From Phoronis australis (lineage: Eukaryota; Animalia; Phoronida), in NCBI GenBank assembly GCA_002633005.1, contig NMRA01000152.1, positions 62,001 to 126,000 of the forward strand: a DNA stretch of 64,000 nt, written 5' to 3'. A program made the position numbers and the translations under genes. The notes beneath the pieces were generated by a model. That model was not told the DNA's origin. It ran no database searches and saw only the letters and a list, made by a program, of their open reading frames with translations. This document shows, piece after piece, positions 61,550-64,000 of the stretch; the first letter of the stretch is position 1, and each line of letters starts with the position of its first letter.

Positions 61550-61597
61550 CACTAGCTATATTTCGAGACTGCATGTCTCATCATCAGACAATAAGTG
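61550..61597 (-). ncRNA. Minimal type-I hammerhead ribozyme-like motif of the Penelope-like element
   Basis: The - strand reads cacuuauugu-CUGAUGA-U-GAGAC(augca)GUCUC-GAAA-U-AUA-gcuagug: intact core, perfect 5-bp stem II, AUA cleavage triplet, imperfect stem I. Confidence 0.6.
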
Positions 61598-62385
61598 GAA
61601 TGAACATCTGTGTAGCGAAATAAACTGTGAAATACACGAGAGAGCAGGAAGAGGGGCATACAAGCAGAGAGTGTGAATGAAACACACGGCAGGAAGCGGA
61701 CAACCTTATTGAAACAGAGCCAGTGTGCGAGACACACCTGTGAGCTGCTCATTCAACACAGGTTTTTCGTGACTAATCAATAGTGATACAAAATCTTTCG
61801 AAGCTGAAATGTGTCATTTTAAACATAGCGAATGATGGTATTGTATACAATCTCTTGCCTACGGTAATTATTTTNCCCCCCCCCCCCCCCCCCCCCCCCT
61901 GCAAGTACATGGACAACCGTCGCAACAGAGAACACCTTGTGGGTCCAATGTAACGCTGTTCACGAGAATGAGGATGAAGGCATTCGTCCATATGACATGT
62001 GAATTGGTAAACACCATTACATTTTTCCACTGATCATAGTCTTTCACGACGGATTGTTTTTCATGACAAGGTGACGTGACTTTATATTCTAATAATAAAT
62101 AACTACATTCAATCTATCACCAGGTTTGACTACCTTAACATAATCCCTTACAATCTTCTTACACATGTCACTCAGATAATTATTTGACATACAGTTCTTA
62201 TAATACACGTTCTTAGTGGTACTAGGTTCAGTGTCAACATAAGAGTCAATCCTAGACATGAAAGACCTAACTTGGTTATCAACAAAAGAATTAGTATAAC
62301 CATTATTATAACTAGATCTTGTTTGATGCGTTGAACTCACAACGTTGAATGCTTGCCAATCAGATGACCTCAGTGTGCTAAGTGA
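61550..62385 (-). mobile_element. Penelope-like retroelement 3' fragment (RT C-terminus/linker + GIY-YIG endonuclease + 3' UTR), decayed
   Basis: Across shifted frames: SSDWQAFN...RIKQDL.NNGYTN, VYYKNCMS, LNVVIYY, HLVMKNN, GVYQFTC...RYIGPTRCSLLRRLSM and SLLISHEKPVLNEQLTGVSRTLALFQ* (stop at 61706). Confidence 0.82.
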
Positions 62386-62720
62386 ATCGGTATCAAGCTT
62401 TCAAACAAAAAGTTCAGTCGAGTTTTCAACAAAGTTTGCTACCAAACTATACTGAATATTTATAATGTGAAATGAAATTTGGACATGCTGATAATGCTTA
62501 ATTACCTATCCTGAAACCTATTAAACCAGTCAGATCCTAGCTGAAACATTGCTTTTGCTGAATTAATGTAAAAGAAAACATGGCGATGTCAAGACAGATT
62601 TGTGTTAAATAGAAAATTAAATTCCAAAATCTTTCTACTTTCAGCAAATATGTGTACCTTTTCTGAGTACAATTCTGTAATTAGTAGATAATTTCACTAA
62701 AAGCACATGCTTCAAGGTTA

Positions 62721-62815
62721 TTCACCAATCACAATGTTCTACCCATTGTGGTATGCAAGCTTAATGTTCCACCAATCACAATGCTCTACCCATTGTGGTA
62801 TGCAAGCTTAATGTT
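62721..62815. repeat. ~47-bp tandem duplication
   Basis: accaatcacaatg.tctacccattgtggtatgcaagcttaatgttcc occurs twice. Confidence 0.8.
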
Positions 62816-63480
62816 CCCCCAAAATAGCAACAGTTGTGAATGACCTCTTGATCAGAGGAAGAAGTATCCTGCTACTCAGTTATCTTCTGGCGGAGCTGGA
62901 CAATAGGTCATACAGTGTGCATTAGATTCCGAATAATAGAGGGGCAATAAACAAGGAGCAATAAAGTGTTCACTACAGTTTGCTGCGATATTGGACTGTC
63001 CAGACTGAAAATATCGGTTTAGAAATGCAGGTTTAAGATTTTAAAAACTTCACTGCAGAGCAATGTCTCCACAGTGATATTTTACTCTATAACAACAATT
63101 TGATTGGGGGTGATAAAACCGCTGTTGTACATGGACACCCCGAGAAACTGTTAAACCCATTTTGGACACTATTTTTGAGGCCCTGGATGAGCCCAAGTGT
63201 AGAATAAAAATAAAATTTGCTGTATAAGTCTACGAGTAGCTCTGCATGTAGAACATGCACTTTTGGTCATTTCCACTGACTATACATGCATATAACACTA
63301 CAGTACATTTAAAGAAGAATGACACCCAATTTAAGTAGTTCTTTTTACCATCTTAATTAGTCTACATCCACATCACCTCGTATACGGTCGATCTTACCTT
63401 GGCACGAGGTGTCGCGTCAACCTGTGAGGAAGGTGAGAAACGACGCAGCGACATCAGTGGTTCTTCTGCAGAGTGCCACT

Positions 63481-63780
63481 ATGGTGTGGTGTATCGTTCC
63501 CGCTTATGTGAACTATGAAGCTGCGAGGAAAGCGGGTATATCGTTTTTTCGATTTCCTCGAGAGCCCATAATGCTTCAGGAGTGGCTTGTGGTAGTGAAG
63601 ACTTAAAAGTACGCCATTAATACCGAGTATGAGGCCTTGAAACTTTTCCGTGTCTGTGGCCGGCATTTTGTCGACAGTGATTTCACTGACGAATACCGAG
63701 TTACTAAACAGCTCATGCTGGCCAGGGGCAGCGAAAAAGAGACTAAGGCAGAAGTCAGATGTTATGCCTATTGTGTTTGC
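63481..63780 (+). pseudogene. THAP zinc-finger remnant, probably from a DNA transposon
   Basis: MVWCIVP...GISFFRFP...QEWL, in-frame TAA at 63604, then RVCGRHFVDSDF, a frameshift and KSDVMPIVF (AVPTIF-box-like); the second Cys appears lost. Confidence 0.8.
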
Positions 63781-64000
63781 GTTCGGCAGGCAGGAGGCAA
63801 AGAAACGTGGATCGATTATTGATCAGTTTTTGATCATGGAGGATTGTAGTGGGCCATGAAAACATAAACAAATACAATTAATTCAAGGCATGAGAACATG
63901 ACATTTTATATAACTTGTTTGATGACTGACTCGTTGGTCAGGCTTCTGTTTGGTCCTCTGGATGTAAAATGTTTTCGCTAGTTCTTTTTTCTCAGCCCTA

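Noticed and set aside
61900-62040. Plus-strand TLWVQC resembling a PHD/CW finger
   Set aside because: Better explained as the antisense strand of the Penelope-like GIY-YIG domain.

Overview
This is intron-rich, AT-rich animal genomic DNA, probably from a marine invertebrate (the species cannot be determined from the sequence). I assembled two spliced genes by hand from GT-AG junctions. PM20D1 (M20 N-acyl-amino-acid synthase/hydrolase) is on the + strand: 11 coding exons, 2171-11865, about 512 aa. WDR17 is on the - strand: 26 coding exons, 53426-20719, about 1268 aa, plus a probable non-coding first exon ending at 54711. The two genes converge tail-to-tail. Between them lies an old tandem duplication (~11.3-15.6 kb / ~15.6-18.1 kb) that copied PM20D1's catalytic last exon. 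The second copy keeps the same-phase acceptor and shows an excess of synonymous changes, but is now split by a 232-bp insertion next to an 'n'. Introns and intergenic DNA carry many transposon relics: a CR1/L2-type RT fragment, Kolobok-, piggyBac-, hAT-, pogo/Tc1-, PHIS- and Zator-like non-autonomous elements, two THAP remnants, a solo LTR and SINE fragments. There is also a Penelope-like RT-tail/GIY-YIG relic with a minimal hammerhead-ribozyme motif in its 3' region, and an unexplained two-exon Tudor-like ORF near 60 kb. Assembly gaps: 50554-50561 and 57704-57899, plus single n at 16215, 29493 and 61876. All family assignments come from recalled motifs, not database searches.
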